This document shows, in pieces, positions 1 to 9,216 of a DNA stretch of 32,000 nt. The notes beneath the pieces are model-generated. The model worked only from the letters and a program-made list of their open reading frames with translations, was not told the origin of the DNA and did not search any database. Made by a program: the position numbers and the translations under genes. Source of the stretch: Acholeplasma laidlawii PG-8A (GTDB taxonomy: Bacteria > Bacillota_I > Bacilli_A > Acholeplasmatales > Acholeplasmataceae). The first letter of the stretch is position 1, and each line of letters begins with the position of its first letter. The DNA lies in NCBI RefSeq assembly GCF_000018785.1, contig NC_010163.1:90001-122000 (forward strand). The letters run 5' to 3'.

Positions 1-458
1 TACCGAAATTAGAAAAAATTGTTGTTAACATGGGTGTTGGTGAGGCAGTATCTAATTCTAAATTACTTGATCAAGCAGTTGAAGAGTTAACATTACTAAC
101 TGGTCAAAAACCTGTTATTACTAAAGCAAAGAAATCAATTTCTAACTTTAAATTACGTGAAGGTCAATCCATTGGTGCTAAAGTAACTTTAAGAGGCGAT
201 AGAATGTATTACTTCTTAGAAAAGTTAGTATCAGTTGCATTACCACGTGTTAGAGACTTCCGTGGGGTATCCGCAAACGCATTTGACGGTCGTGGAAACT
301 ACACATTAGGTGTAAAAGAACAAATCATTTTCCCTGAAATAAACATTGATAAAGTAAATAAAGTTCGTGGGATGGACATTATTATTGTAACAACGGCACA
401 AACCGATGCAGAAGCTAAAAGCTTATTAACTGAATTTGGTTTCCCGTTCAAGAAGTGA
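1..458 (+). CDS. rplE: 50S ribosomal protein L5 (5'-truncated by window edge)
   Basis: The frame stays open upstream of the ORF-track ATG at 30, back to base 3 ([15 protein letters not shown]..., a conserved internal L5 motif). TGA stop at 456-458. Followed by S14-S8-L6 in canonical spc order. Confidence 0.95.
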   Translation, partial: PKLEKIVVNMGVGEAVSNSKLLDQAVEELTLLTGQKPVITKAKKSISNFKLREGQSIGAKVTLRGDRMYYFLEKLVSVALPRVRDFRGVSANAFDGRGNYTLGVKEQIIFPEINIDKVNKVRGMDIIIVTTAQTDAEAKSLLTEFGFPFKK

Positions 459-468
459 GGTGTAGATT

Positions 469-738
469 ATGGCAAAGAAATCAAAAATCGCTAAAGATAA
501 AAAACAGCGCGAAATCGTAGCAATCTACGCTGAAAAACGTAGAGCTTTGAAAGAAGCTGGAGATTACCAAGGTTTATCTAGTCTACCAAAAGATGCATCA
601 CCGGTAAGATTAAGAAATAGAGATTCATTAGACGGTAGACCAAGAGCATATATGAGAAAATTCGGTGTATCTCGTATAACATTCAGAGAATTAGCACACA
701 AGGGAGAAATTCCTGGTGTTAAAAAAGCTAGCTGGTAA
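469..738 (+). CDS. rpsN: 30S ribosomal protein S14, long Cys-less form (89 aa)
   Basis: C-terminal [41 protein letters not shown] is the S14 signature. Sits between L5 and S8. Contains no cysteine. Confidence 0.93.
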   Translation: MAKKSKIAKDKKQREIVAIYAEKRRALKEAGDYQGLSSLPKDASPVRLRNRDSLDGRPRAYMRKFGVSRITFRELAHKGEIPGVKKASW

Positions 739-750
739 GGAGGAAGAACA

Positions 751-1146
751 ATGGTTATGACTGATCCAATTGCGGACCTATTAACGCGAATCCGTAATGC
801 GAATAAAGCGCGTCATCCTAAAGTTGATATGCCATCTTCAAAACTTAAGTTAGAAATACTTAAAGTTATGAAGCAAGAAGGATTTATTAAAGACTTTTCA
901 GTAAACAAGGATAAATTTCCGAAAATTACTGTAACTTTAAAATATTCTGATACAAATGAGCGTGTCATCAAAGGATTAAAAAGGATATCGAAGCCAGGTC
1001 TTCGTGTCTATGCAAGTATAGATAACTTACCACGTGTACTAAATGGTTTAGGTGTGGCATTAGTATCTACATCAAAAGGAATTTTAACAGACCGTGAAGC
1101 TCGTCAACAACAAATTGGTGGCGAAGTTCTAGCGTATGTCTGGTAA
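751..1146 (+). CDS. rpsH: 30S ribosomal protein S8
   Basis: [16 protein letters not shown]-terminus and [14 protein letters not shown] motif. AAGGAGG lies 7 nt upstream of the start. Confidence 0.95.
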   Translation: MVMTDPIADLLTRIRNANKARHPKVDMPSSKLKLEILKVMKQEGFIKDFSVNKDKFPKITVTLKYSDTNERVIKGLKRISKPGLRVYASIDNLPRVLNGLGVALVSTSKGILTDREARQQQIGGEVLAYVW

Positions 1147-1164
1147 TAAAGGAGGAATACAAAA

Positions 1165-1704
1165 ATGAGTCGTATAGGCAATAAAGTTATTGTTGTTCCT
1201 GCTGGTGTTACCGTTGACATTAAAGAAGGAAACTTCTTAACTGTTAAAGGGCCAAAAGGTCAACTTGAAAAACAATTAAACTCAGATTTAAGCATTACAT
1301 TAGAAGGAAACTTACTAACTGTAAAACGTCCAAACAATGAAATGTTCATGAGAAAAATCCACGGAACAACTCGTGCCCTATTATTTAATATGGTACATGG
1401 TGTATCTGAAGGATTCTCTAAGAAATTAGAAATCAAAGGGGTTGGGTATAGAGCTCAACTTCAAGGTAACACTTTAGTATTACAATTAGGTTTCTCACAC
1501 AATATTGAAATGCCATTACCAGAAGGTATTTCATTAGATGTTCCTAAAAATACTGAAATTACTGTAAATGGTATTGATAAAGCGGTTGTAGGACAATTCG
1601 CTGCAGAAATTAGAAAACACAGAAAACCAGAACCTTACAAAGGCAAAGGTATTCGTTATGTTGACGAATATGTTGCTCGTAAAGCTGGTAAAACTGCGAA
1701 GTAA
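1165..1704 (+). CDS. rplF: 50S ribosomal protein L6
   Basis: MSRIGNKVI...GVGYRA...GFSH...KGKGIRY motifs. AAGGAGG Shine-Dalgarno. Canonical operon position. Confidence 0.95.
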
Positions 1705-1716
1705 GGAGTATAGACT

Positions 1717-2067
1717 ATGATTAATAAAAAATCATCTAACGAGACGAGACAAAAAAGACATTTAAGAATCAGAAAACATGTCATCGGTACTCCAGATCGT
1801 CCAAGATTAAACGTATTTCGTTCCAATACCGCGATTTATGTTCAAATCATTAATGACGAAACTCATAACACACTAACAAGTGCAAACACAAAAGAACTAA
1901 AAGTGGGTGCTAACATTGAAGGTGCTGCAGCATTAGGTAAAGCTGTTGCTGAGCAAGCTTTAAAGTTAGGTATCACAAAAGTTGTCTTTGACCGCGGTGG
2001 TTATTTATACCACGGACGTATAAAGGCATTAGCTGATGCAGCAAGAGCTGCCGGCTTAGAATTCTAG
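1717..2067 (+). CDS. rplR: 50S ribosomal protein L18
   Basis: [10 protein letters not shown]...[17 protein letters not shown]...[20 protein letters not shown]. Canonical operon position. Confidence 0.95.
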   Translation: MINKKSSNETRQKRHLRIRKHVIGTPDRPRLNVFRSNTAIYVQIINDETHNTLTSANTKELKVGANIEGAAALGKAVAEQALKLGITKVVFDRGGYLYHGRIKALADAARAAGLEF

Positions 2068-2081
2068 GAAAGGAGTCTATC

Positions 2082-2588
2082 ATGGCACAAAATTTTACAG
2101 ATAACAAAGAAGAAATCGTTTTTGAAGAAGAAGTTGTAGCGATTAATCGTGTAACTAAAGTCGTTAAAGGTGGACGCCGTTTCCGTTTTGCTGCACTTGT
2201 TGTTGTAGGTAACAAACAAGGTAAAGTTGGTTTTGGTACAGGTAAAGCTACTGAAGTACCTGAAGCAATTAAAAAAGCAGTGGAAAATGCTAAGAGAAAT
2301 ATTATTGATATTCCGTTAAAGAACTCTACAATTCCTCACCAAGTACTAGGCGTATTCGGTGGTGGACGTATCGTTATTAAACCTGCTGCACCTGGTACAG
2401 GGATCATTGCAGGTGGTGCGGCTCGTATCATCTTTGACTTAGCTGGTATCCATGACGTATTAAGTAAATCATTAGGTTCTAAAACTGCAATTAACGTAGT
2501 GCGTGCTACTTTCCAAGGTTTAGAATCTCTAACAACACCAGAAGCTGTAGCTAAGCTACGTGGTGTATCTATCGAGAACTTGGTGTAA
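2082..2588 (+). CDS. rpsE: 30S ribosomal protein S5
   Basis: [43 protein letters not shown] signature. Confidence 0.95.
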   Translation: MAQNFTDNKEEIVFEEEVVAINRVTKVVKGGRRFRFAALVVVGNKQGKVGFGTGKATEVPEAIKKAVENAKRNIIDIPLKNSTIPHQVLGVFGGGRIVIKPAAPGTGIIAGGAARIIFDLAGIHDVLSKSLGSKTAINVVRATFQGLESLTTPEAVAKLRGVSIENLV

Positions 2589-2592
2589 ACTT

Positions 2593-2766
2593 ATGTTAAA
2601 GATTACATTAAAAAAATCATTAATCGGTAGACGTCCAAACCAAGTTAAAACCGCTCACGCACTCGGTTTAAGAAAAATTGGACAAAGTGTTTCAAAAGTA
2701 GAAAATGACGCTATCAACGGAATGATCAACACAATTGGTCACCTAGTTGTAGTGGAAAAAGAATAA
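2593..2766 (+). CDS. rpmD: 50S ribosomal protein L30
   Basis: [33 protein letters not shown]... is typical L30. The ORF-track start at 2560 overlaps the end of rpsE, so the ATG at 2593, just after the rpsE stop, is the credible start. Confidence 0.9.
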   Translation: MLKITLKKSLIGRRPNQVKTAHALGLRKIGQSVSKVENDAINGMINTIGHLVVVEKE

Positions 2767-2777
2767 GGAGGCAAACC

Positions 2778-3218
2778 ATGATATTAAGCAATTTAAAACC
2801 AGTTCCTGGAGCGAGACATTCTAAAAAACGTTTAGGACGCGGACCAGGTAGTGGTACAGGTAAAACCTCTGGTAAAGGACATAAAGGTCAAAAAGCAAGA
2901 TCTGGTGGCGGTGTACGTCCAGGATTCGAAGGTGGACAAATTCCATTCTTCCAACGTATTCCAAAACGTGGATTCAACAACCACACTAGAGTAGAGTACG
3001 CGATTGTGAATACCAAAGAGCTCAATGTTTTTGAAGACGGTACTGTCGTAACACCTGAATTACTATTACAAACTAAATTAGTTTCTAAAGTACTAGCAGG
3101 CGTTAAAATATTAGCTGATGGAAAGTTAGAGAAAAAGCTAACTGTTAAAGCAAACAAATTCTCAAACAGTGCTAAAGAAGCAATTGAAGCAGCTGGTGGA
3201 ACAATCGAGGTGATCTAA
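2778..3218 (+). CDS. rplO: 50S ribosomal protein L15
   Basis: L.NLKP..GA...[24 protein letters not shown] signature. AAGGAGG Shine-Dalgarno. Confidence 0.95.
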   Translation: MILSNLKPVPGARHSKKRLGRGPGSGTGKTSGKGHKGQKARSGGGVRPGFEGGQIPFFQRIPKRGFNNHTRVEYAIVNTKELNVFEDGTVVTPELLLQTKLVSKVLAGVKILADGKLEKKLTVKANKFSNSAKEAIEAAGGTIEVI

Positions 3219-3219
3219 A

Positions 3220-4518
3220 ATGTGGCAGCGCATAAAAAATGTATTAGCAAATAATTCAGTTATGGCTCGTGTGGGTATAACGTTATTACTTATCTTCATA
3301 TTTAGAGTCGCAAGTTACATCCCAATTCCATTGTTTAACATTGAACTTTTCAGAAGCAATCAAACATGGTCATCAGGATTCTTAGGTATTTTAAATAGCT
3401 ATACAGGACAAGCATTGGCACGTTTTAGTGTGTTATCTCTAGGGATTTCACCTTATATCACTGCATCTATTGCAGTACAATTATTACAAACAGTTGTTCC
3501 TTCTATGAAAGAGTGGCAAGAACAAGGTGATACTGGGAAAGTTAAAACTCAACGTATGACTAAGTACTTAGCAATCGTATTAGCGTTTGCTCAAAGTTTA
3601 CTCTTAATTTTAGGTACAGGTGTTAGAGGCTCACAAATTCAAGTGGGCGTAGATAGTGGATTCTTTACTTACTTTTATATGGCTTTAGTTGTAACTGCAG
3701 GTTCTGCATTTGCAATTTGGCTAGCTGATCTAATTACAGCTAAAGGTGTTGGTAATGGTTCATCTATATTAATTGGTGTGGGTGTGTTAACATCTATTCC
3801 AATTATGATCACAACTTTAAGTGATAAATACTTAGGTACAGGTGAATGGACTGACATCTTAATCTATGTATTAATTCTATTACTTTATGTAGGTATTTTA
3901 TTAGGTGTTGTTTATATGAACATCGCTAAACGTAAGATTCCTATAAACTATGCAAATAGACAAGGTGGTAAAACAAGAACAGATTCAAATATCCCATTAA
4001 AGATTAACTCTGCTGGGGTATTACCTGTAATCTTCGCATCAACCATCCTATCAGTTCCACTTTCTATTGTTGGTTTCTTAGAAGGCAGTTTAGGTGCAGG
4101 AACTCAAAGTTGGATCAATGCAATCTTCAATTACCAAGAACCACTTGGATTCATTATTTATCTTATCTTAATCATTGCATTCTCATTCTTCTATACATTC
4201 ATGGTAACAAATCCACATAAGATTGCTGATAACTTATCAAAATCTAATGCATATGTTCCAGGTGTAAGACCAGGAGATGATACTAAAAACTATATTGCTA
4301 GAATTCTATTTAAAGTCACAGTTATTGGTACAGTATACTTAGTTGTATTAGCTGCACTTCCAATTATTACTGCATGGGTATTCGGCTTTGTAGGTGCAGA
4401 AGCTGCAAGCATCACCTTAGGTGGAACCGGGCTATTAATCGTAGTTGGGGTTGCTGCAGACACTACACAACAACTTGAAGCACAAGCTAATCAAGAGACG
4501 TATCAAGGATTGTTCTAA
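3220..4518 (+). CDS. secY: Preprotein translocase subunit SecY
   Basis: 432-aa polytopic membrane protein between rplO and adk. LGI.PYITASI and GTGLLIVVGVA..T..Q motifs. Confidence 0.95.
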   Translation: MWQRIKNVLANNSVMARVGITLLLIFIFRVASYIPIPLFNIELFRSNQTWSSGFLGILNSYTGQALARFSVLSLGISPYITASIAVQLLQTVVPSMKEWQEQGDTGKVKTQRMTKYLAIVLAFAQSLLLILGTGVRGSQIQVGVDSGFFTYFYMALVVTAGSAFAIWLADLITAKGVGNGSSILIGVGVLTSIPIMITTLSDKYLGTGEWTDILIYVLILLLYVGILLGVVYMNIAKRKIPINYANRQGGKTRTDSNIPLKINSAGVLPVIFASTILSVPLSIVGFLEGSLGAGTQSWINAIFNYQEPLGFIIYLILIIAFSFFYTFMVTNPHKIADNLSKSNAYVPGVRPGDDTKNYIARILFKVTVIGTVYLVVLAALPIITAWVFGFVGAEAASITLGGTGLLIVVGVAADTTQQLEAQANQETYQGLF

Positions 4519-5171
4519 TGAAAACAAGGATGATATTTGTAGGCCCTCCTGGGGCTGGCAAGGGATCACAGGCAAAAATAATTTCACAGACATTAAATAT
4601 CCCACATATATCAACCGGTGATATGTTCAGAACACATATAAAGGGTAGTACGCCACTTGGTTTGGAAGCTAAAAAGTATACAGACCAAGGGCTACTTGTA
4701 CCTGATGATGTAACCAATCAAATGGTTAAAGATCGCCTAAGTCAGAAAGATGTTGAAAAGGGATTCATCTTTGATGGATATCCAAGAACACCTGATCAAG
4801 CAATTTTCTTAGACAATCTATTAATGGTAACAAATCAAAAACTTGATGTAGTATTAAATATTTCATCAAGTGATGAAGTTATTGTTAAACGAATCACAGG
4901 TAGAAGAACATGCCCAGTATGTGGTGCTATATATCATGTTGATAACTATCCACCAAAAGTGGCAGGTATTTGTGATAATGATGGTGCAACCTTGGTTCAA
5001 AGAAAAGATGATCAAAAAGAAACAATTATTCGTAGACTTAGTGTTTACAAAGAAGAAACATTCCCATTAATTAAGTATTATGCACATAAAAACTTACTTA
5101 TGGATGTTGATGGTAATCAACCTTTAGAGGTGATTACAAAACATGTATTAGAAATTCTGGAGCAAAAATGA
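4518..5171 (+). CDS. adk: Adenylate kinase (Cys3-Asp zinc lid retained)
   Basis: P-loop GPPGAGKGSQA. Lid CPVCGAIYH...CDNDG. Its start overlaps the secY stop by 1 nt (TAATG). Confidence 0.95.
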   Translation: MKTRMIFVGPPGAGKGSQAKIISQTLNIPHISTGDMFRTHIKGSTPLGLEAKKYTDQGLLVPDDVTNQMVKDRLSQKDVEKGFIFDGYPRTPDQAIFLDNLLMVTNQKLDVVLNISSSDEVIVKRITGRRTCPVCGAIYHVDNYPPKVAGICDNDGATLVQRKDDQKETIIRRLSVYKEETFPLIKYYAHKNLLMDVDGNQPLEVITKHVLEILEQK

Positions 5172-5923
5172 TTACAATAAAAAGTTCTAGAGAAATTGAA
5201 CTCATGAAAACAGCTGGTGACATCTTGGCACGTACTAGGGAATATCTAATTCCTTTCATTAAGCCAGGTGTTACCACACATGAGCTTGATATGCTCGCAC
5301 ATAATTTCATACTCGAAAATGATGCAACACCGTCATTTAAAGGATACCAAGGATTTGATGGATCGATTTGTGCATCCGTCAATGAAGTTGTGATTCACGG
5401 TATACCTTCCAAAAAGAAGGTTCTCAAAGATGGCGATATTCTATCACTCGATTTAGGTGTGAATTATAAGGGTTATCACGCTGACTCTGCATGGACATTT
5501 CCTGTTGGGGTTATCTCAAATGAAGTTAAAAAGTTGTTAGAAGTAACAGAAGAAGCACTATGGAATGGCTTAGCGGTTATTAAACCAGGTGCAAGCGTCA
5601 ATGAGATTTCTAAAGCAGTTGAACAAACCATTAGACCACATGGTTATGGTATTGTTGAAGAATTTACCGGTCATGGCATCGGTCAAAGTCTCCATGAAGA
5701 TCCAGCGATTCCTAACTTTGGTTATGAACCAAATCATGTGATTTTAAAAGCTGGAATGACCTTTTGTGTAGAACCAATGGTCAATATAGGAACTAAAAGA
5801 GTTCGTATATTAAAAGATGGTTGGACAACAGTTACACAAGACAAATCATATAGTGCACATTTCGAGCATACGGTACTTGTAACCGAAACAGGCTATGAAG
5901 TATTGACTAAAACAAAGGAGTAA
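5168..5923 (+). CDS. map: Type I methionine aminopeptidase
   Basis: ATGA overlap with adk. Motifs [15 protein letters not shown]....GY..D...T, HG.G...HE.P and FC.EP. Confidence 0.95.
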   Translation: MITIKSSREIELMKTAGDILARTREYLIPFIKPGVTTHELDMLAHNFILENDATPSFKGYQGFDGSICASVNEVVIHGIPSKKKVLKDGDILSLDLGVNYKGYHADSAWTFPVGVISNEVKKLLEVTEEALWNGLAVIKPGASVNEISKAVEQTIRPHGYGIVEEFTGHGIGQSLHEDPAIPNFGYEPNHVILKAGMTFCVEPMVNIGTKRVRILKDGWTTVTQDKSYSAHFEHTVLVTETGYEVLTKTKE

Positions 5924-5925
5924 TT

Positions 5926-6144
5926 ATGGCAAGAGAAGATTTAATAGAAGTTGAAGCAAAGGTTAAAGAAATTTTACCGAACACAAAGTTTATAGTTGAG
6001 CTAGACAACGGTCACACCGTTGTAGCACACGTATCTGGTAAAATCCGTATCCACAACATACGCATTTTACCTGGTGATAAAGTAACAGTTGAATTATCAC
6101 CATATGATTTATCACGCGGACGTATAACATACCGCAAAAAATAA
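5926..6144 (+). CDS. infA: Translation initiation factor IF-1
   Basis: 72 aa, VELDNGH.V.AH.SGK.R...[22 protein letters not shown]. Confidence 0.95.
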   Translation: MAREDLIEVEAKVKEILPNTKFIVELDNGHTVVAHVSGKIRIHNIRILPGDKVTVELSPYDLSRGRITYRKK

Positions 6145-6156
6145 GGAGCAATTAAA

Positions 6157-6273
6157 ATGAAAGTTAAAGCATCAGTTAAAAAGCGCAGCGCAGATGACAT
6201 CATTGTGCGCCGCAAAGGTCGCGTATACGTGATCAACAAAAAAAATAGAAGACACAATCAAAGACAAGGTTAA
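6157..6273 (+). CDS. rpmJ: 50S ribosomal protein L36 (38 aa, Cys-less variant)
   Basis: Not in the ORF track (<60 aa). Hand translation gives [38 protein letters not shown] followed by TAA at 6271-6273. AAGGAG upstream. Canonical infA-rpmJ-rpsM position. Confidence 0.9.
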   Translation: MKVKASVKKRSADDIIVRRKGRVYVINKKNRRHNQRQG

Positions 6274-6285
6274 GGAGATTAAACT

Positions 6286-6660
6286 ATGGCAAGAATTGCA
6301 GGAGTAGACATCCCTACTCAAAAACGAGTGGTTATCTCGTTACAATACATCTATGGCATTGGTCAAACTACAGCACAAGAAGTGCTAAAGAATGCTAATG
6401 TATCAGAAGATATTCGTGTTAAAGACTTAAATGACGATCAATTATCAGCAATCCGTGGCGAAGTAGCGAAAATCGTTACAGAAGGTGACTTACGTAGAGA
6501 GTCAACATTAAACATCAAACGTTTAATGGAAATTGGTTCATATCGCGGTATTAGACACCGTAAAGGCTTACCTGTAAACGGTCAAAACACAAGAAACAAT
6601 GCACGTACTCGTAAAGGGAAACCTAAAGCGGTTACTGGAAAGAAACAGGCAGGTAAATAA
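6286..6660 (+). CDS. rpsM: 30S ribosomal protein S13
   Basis: [22 protein letters not shown]...A...L...YRG.RHR.GLPV.GQ.T..NART.KG. Confidence 0.95.
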   Translation: MARIAGVDIPTQKRVVISLQYIYGIGQTTAQEVLKNANVSEDIRVKDLNDDQLSAIRGEVAKIVTEGDLRRESTLNIKRLMEIGSYRGIRHRKGLPVNGQNTRNNARTRKGKPKAVTGKKQAGK

Positions 6661-6662
6661 CA

Positions 6663-7055
6663 ATGGCAGCTCAAAAAAGAAAAACAACTAAAAGAAGAGT
6701 AAGAAAAAACATACCTTCAGGTATTGCTCACATTCATACAACTTTCAATAATACAATCGTAACTATCACAGACCCAGCAGGTAACGCTATCTCTTGGTCA
6801 AGTGCTGGTGCTTTAGGTATTAAAGGATCAAGAAAATCTACACCATTTGCAGCTCAACTTACAAGTGAAGCAGCAGCAAAAGGTGCAATGGACAACGGTA
6901 TGGCTCGTGTAGAAGTATATGTTAAAGGTCCAGGACCTGGTAGAGAGGCTGCAATTAGAAGTTTACAAGCAGCAGGATTAGAAATTACAGCGATTAAAGA
7001 TGTGACGCCAGTTCCTCATAATGGATGTCGTCCACCAAAACGTCCACGTAACTAA
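6663..7055 (+). CDS. rpsK: 30S ribosomal protein S11
   Basis: [17 protein letters not shown]...[18 protein letters not shown]...[11 protein letters not shown] signature. Confidence 0.95.
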   Translation: MAAQKRKTTKRRVRKNIPSGIAHIHTTFNNTIVTITDPAGNAISWSSAGALGIKGSRKSTPFAAQLTSEAAAKGAMDNGMARVEVYVKGPGPGREAAIRSLQAAGLEITAIKDVTPVPHNGCRPPKRPRN

Positions 7056-7078
7056 TTTAAACCATAGGAGGTAAACTT

Positions 7079-8071
7079 GTGAAAGATTTAAAATTTGAAA
7101 AACCAACATCTGTCGAAGAAATATCTCAAGAAGGTAACTTGGGACGTTTCTTAATCAAACCACTTGAACGCGGTTATGGGTTAACCTTAGGTAATGCATT
7201 AAGACGTGTCTTATTATCATCGTTACCAGGTGCTGCAATCGTCAATGTTAAAATTGAAGGTGTGGAGCACGAGTTTTCTACCATTGAAGGCGTTTATGAA
7301 GATGTGATGGGAATCGTTCTTAACCTTAAAAAGGTCGTATTCTCAGTTGATTCACAAGATCCACAGTATGAACAACAATTAGAATTATATGCAGAAGGTC
7401 CAGCTGTGATTACTGCAGGTGATTTTAATTTGGCAGACGACATTGAAGTTGTCAATAAAGACCAACATATTGCAACTCTAGCAGAAGGTGCTAAGTTCAA
7501 TATGACAGTTACAGTTAGACGTGGTATTGGTTATGTACCAGCTGACCAAAATAAACAATATTCTAAATACGAATTAAACGTTATTCCAATTGACTCACTT
7601 TATACACCAGTTGAACGTGTAATCTACAGTGTAGAAAAAACACGTGGTGATTTAGATGAATTAACAATTGAAATCGAAACAAACGGTGCTATCTTAGCAA
7701 AAGAAGCATTAGCCCTCGCATCTAAGATGTTAGTGGATCACTTCCAAGTACTTGTAGATATTTCTGAAAAAGCTAGTGAATTTGATTTCATTCGCGATAT
7801 TGAAGAAGAACCAGCAAGCAAAAAATCAGATACTAAGATTGAACAACTTGATTTATCAGTTCGTTTATTCAACTCACTAAAACGTAGTGGTATCACTACA
7901 GTTGGTGAATTACTAAAATTATCTGAAGAAGAAGTTATGAGACTACGTTCATTAGGTAGAAAATCATTCAAAGAATTAAAAGAAAAATTAGCAGAACATG
8001 GACTTGAATTCGAGCACTCTACTTCAAAAGAAGCAAGATTCGGATTTGATTCAGACGAAGATAAGGAGTAA
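7079..8071 (+). CDS. rpoA: DNA-directed RNA polymerase alpha subunit
   Basis: GTG start 8 nt after [26 protein letters not shown] motif. C-terminal domain IE.LDLSVR..N.LKR.GI.TV..L. No rpsD between rpsK and rpoA, which is the Gram-positive arrangement. Confidence 0.95.
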   Translation: MKDLKFEKPTSVEEISQEGNLGRFLIKPLERGYGLTLGNALRRVLLSSLPGAAIVNVKIEGVEHEFSTIEGVYEDVMGIVLNLKKVVFSVDSQDPQYEQQLELYAEGPAVITAGDFNLADDIEVVNKDQHIATLAEGAKFNMTVTVRRGIGYVPADQNKQYSKYELNVIPIDSLYTPVERVIYSVEKTRGDLDELTIEIETNGAILAKEALALASKMLVDHFQVLVDISEKASEFDFIRDIEEEPASKKSDTKIEQLDLSVRLFNSLKRSGITTVGELLKLSEEEVMRLRSLGRKSFKELKEKLAEHGLEFEHSTSKEARFGFDSDEDKE

Positions 8072-8076
8072 TAATT

Positions 8077-8436
8077 ATGGCAATACCATCAAGACTACGC
8101 CGTACGACTGATCAAAGAGAAGCTTTACTACGCGATTTAGTAACAGACTTAATCATCAATGATCGTATTACGACAACAGAAGCAAAAGCAAAATCCGTAC
8201 AACGCGTTGCTGATAAAATGGTCACATTAGCTAAAAAAGGTACGTTAGCAGCTCGTAGACAAGCAGCTGAAACAGTACGTTTAGAAGATGCTGGTGAAGG
8301 CAAAGATGCACTTCAAAAGCTATTTAGCGTAATTGCACCACGTTACAACGATCGTACAGGTGGATATACAAGAATTATTAAAACTGTACCTCGCCGTGGC
8401 GATGCAGCACCGATGGCAATCATCGAATTTATTTAA
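8077..8436 (+). CDS. rplQ: 50S ribosomal protein L17
   Basis: LRDL...LI....I.TT..KAK......V.KM.TLAK...R.GGYTRI.K...RRGD.APMA.IE. Confidence 0.95.
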   Translation: MAIPSRLRRTTDQREALLRDLVTDLIINDRITTTEAKAKSVQRVADKMVTLAKKGTLAARRQAAETVRLEDAGEGKDALQKLFSVIAPRYNDRTGGYTRIIKTVPRRGDAAPMAIIEFI

Positions 8437-8447
8437 TATTAAATTCT

Positions 8448-8481
8448 AAAAACCTTCTATAATTAGGAGGTTTTTTATTTT
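8448..8481 (+). terminator. Rho-independent terminator ending the alpha operon
   Basis: AAAAACCTTC (8448-8457) pairs with GGAGGTTTTT (8466-8475) with one G.U pair. 8-nt loop and T-rich tail. Confidence 0.6.
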
Positions 8482-8573
8482 ACTTTTAACAAATTATCTT
8501 AAGTAAATTAAATCGTATTAAAAAACAACACCTAATATTTTAGTTATCAAAATGAATAAAGATTGGTGATTCA

Positions 8574-8582
8574 TGCTATAAT
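8574..8582 (+). promoter_or_regulatory. Candidate extended -10 promoter (TGcTATAAT) for the 8654 gene
   Basis: Exact TGnTATAAT about 70 nt upstream of the ATG. No good -35. The AT-rich context lowers specificity. Confidence 0.35.
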
Positions 8583-8653
8583 AATAGTAATCAATACATG
8601 CATAAGTATTTTTTAAATACGTATTAAATGTATGAGATGGAGGTAAAAGGGAA

Positions 8654-9130
8654 ATGAGCAAAGACATGATAGTCTATAAAGCTGATAATGGGGAAACAGT
8701 TTTATTTTCAAAAGGTAATGCTTGGCATGTTCATATAGATGGTTTAACAGATCATTATAAAGCAGTCGAGGGAGATAAGGTTAAACTTACCGGTAAAGTT
8801 GTATTTATATCTAAGAGTGTGAAGAAAGTTACCATCACTCAAAATCAATATGAAATTGTGAAACGTTCAGCCAATGAACGTCAATATATCACATTTGATT
8901 TTGTGAGTTTAAATGAAGTACGTCTTGGTACACGTATCTTTTTAACTGAAGCTGGTCAAGTAGAACGTGAAAAACGTGATCACAAACGATCTGTTCGCGA
9001 ACAAAAAAGCCAAGCTCTTGCAGATAAAAAAGCTGCAGCGATTCAAAAAAAGGCTGATAAGCGTATGAAAAAAGAAGAAAAACGCGCATCAAAAAAAGAT
9101 AAAAATAAACTAGATATGTTTGATGAATAA
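8654..9130 (+). CDS. Hypothetical protein, 158 aa, with Lys/Glu-rich C-terminal tail
   Basis: GGAGG lies 10 nt upstream. Monocistronic unit flanked by two terminators. No recognisable family motif. The last ~55 aa are highly charged (KKAAAIQKKADKRMKKEEKRASKKDKNK). Confidence 0.6.
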   Translation: MSKDMIVYKADNGETVLFSKGNAWHVHIDGLTDHYKAVEGDKVKLTGKVVFISKSVKKVTITQNQYEIVKRSANERQYITFDFVSLNEVRLGTRIFLTEAGQVEREKRDHKRSVREQKSQALADKKAAAIQKKADKRMKKEEKRASKKDKNKLDMFDE

Positions 9131-9135
9131 TTTAG

Positions 9136-9166
9136 ATAGGTGCTTAAATGTAAGCACCTATTTTTA
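9136..9166 (+). terminator. Rho-independent terminator
   Basis: Perfect 11-bp stem ATAGGTGCTTA / TAAGCACCTAT, loop AATG, followed by TTTTT. Confidence 0.85.
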
Positions 9167-9216
9167 TAGTTGTATTCTATGGTAAAATAAATTAAGTAAA
9201 TTAATAAGGAGGCCCA

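Noticed and set aside
2560-2592. N-terminal extension of the L30 ORF ([11 protein letters not shown]...) overlapping the end of rpsE.
   Set aside because: L30 homology begins at MLKITLKKS (ATG at 2593), immediately after the rpsE stop. The extension is just the rpsE 3' end read in another frame.
8484-8494. The 11-mer TTTTAACAAAT occurs at both edges of insertion block 1 (8484-8494 and 15382-15392). It could be a remnant direct repeat or att-like site.
   Set aside because: The match does not extend convincingly beyond 13 of 14 positions. It is very AT-rich in an AT-rich genome and was found after many informal comparisons. There is no recombinase nearby. It cannot be distinguished from chance without a statistical scan.
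8597-8634. Small palindromes in the 5' UTR of the orphan gene (ATACAT...ATGTAT and AATACGTATT).
   Set aside because: These are 6-10-bp AT-rich palindromes within the range expected by chance. They show no resemblance to a known riboswitch or leader class.
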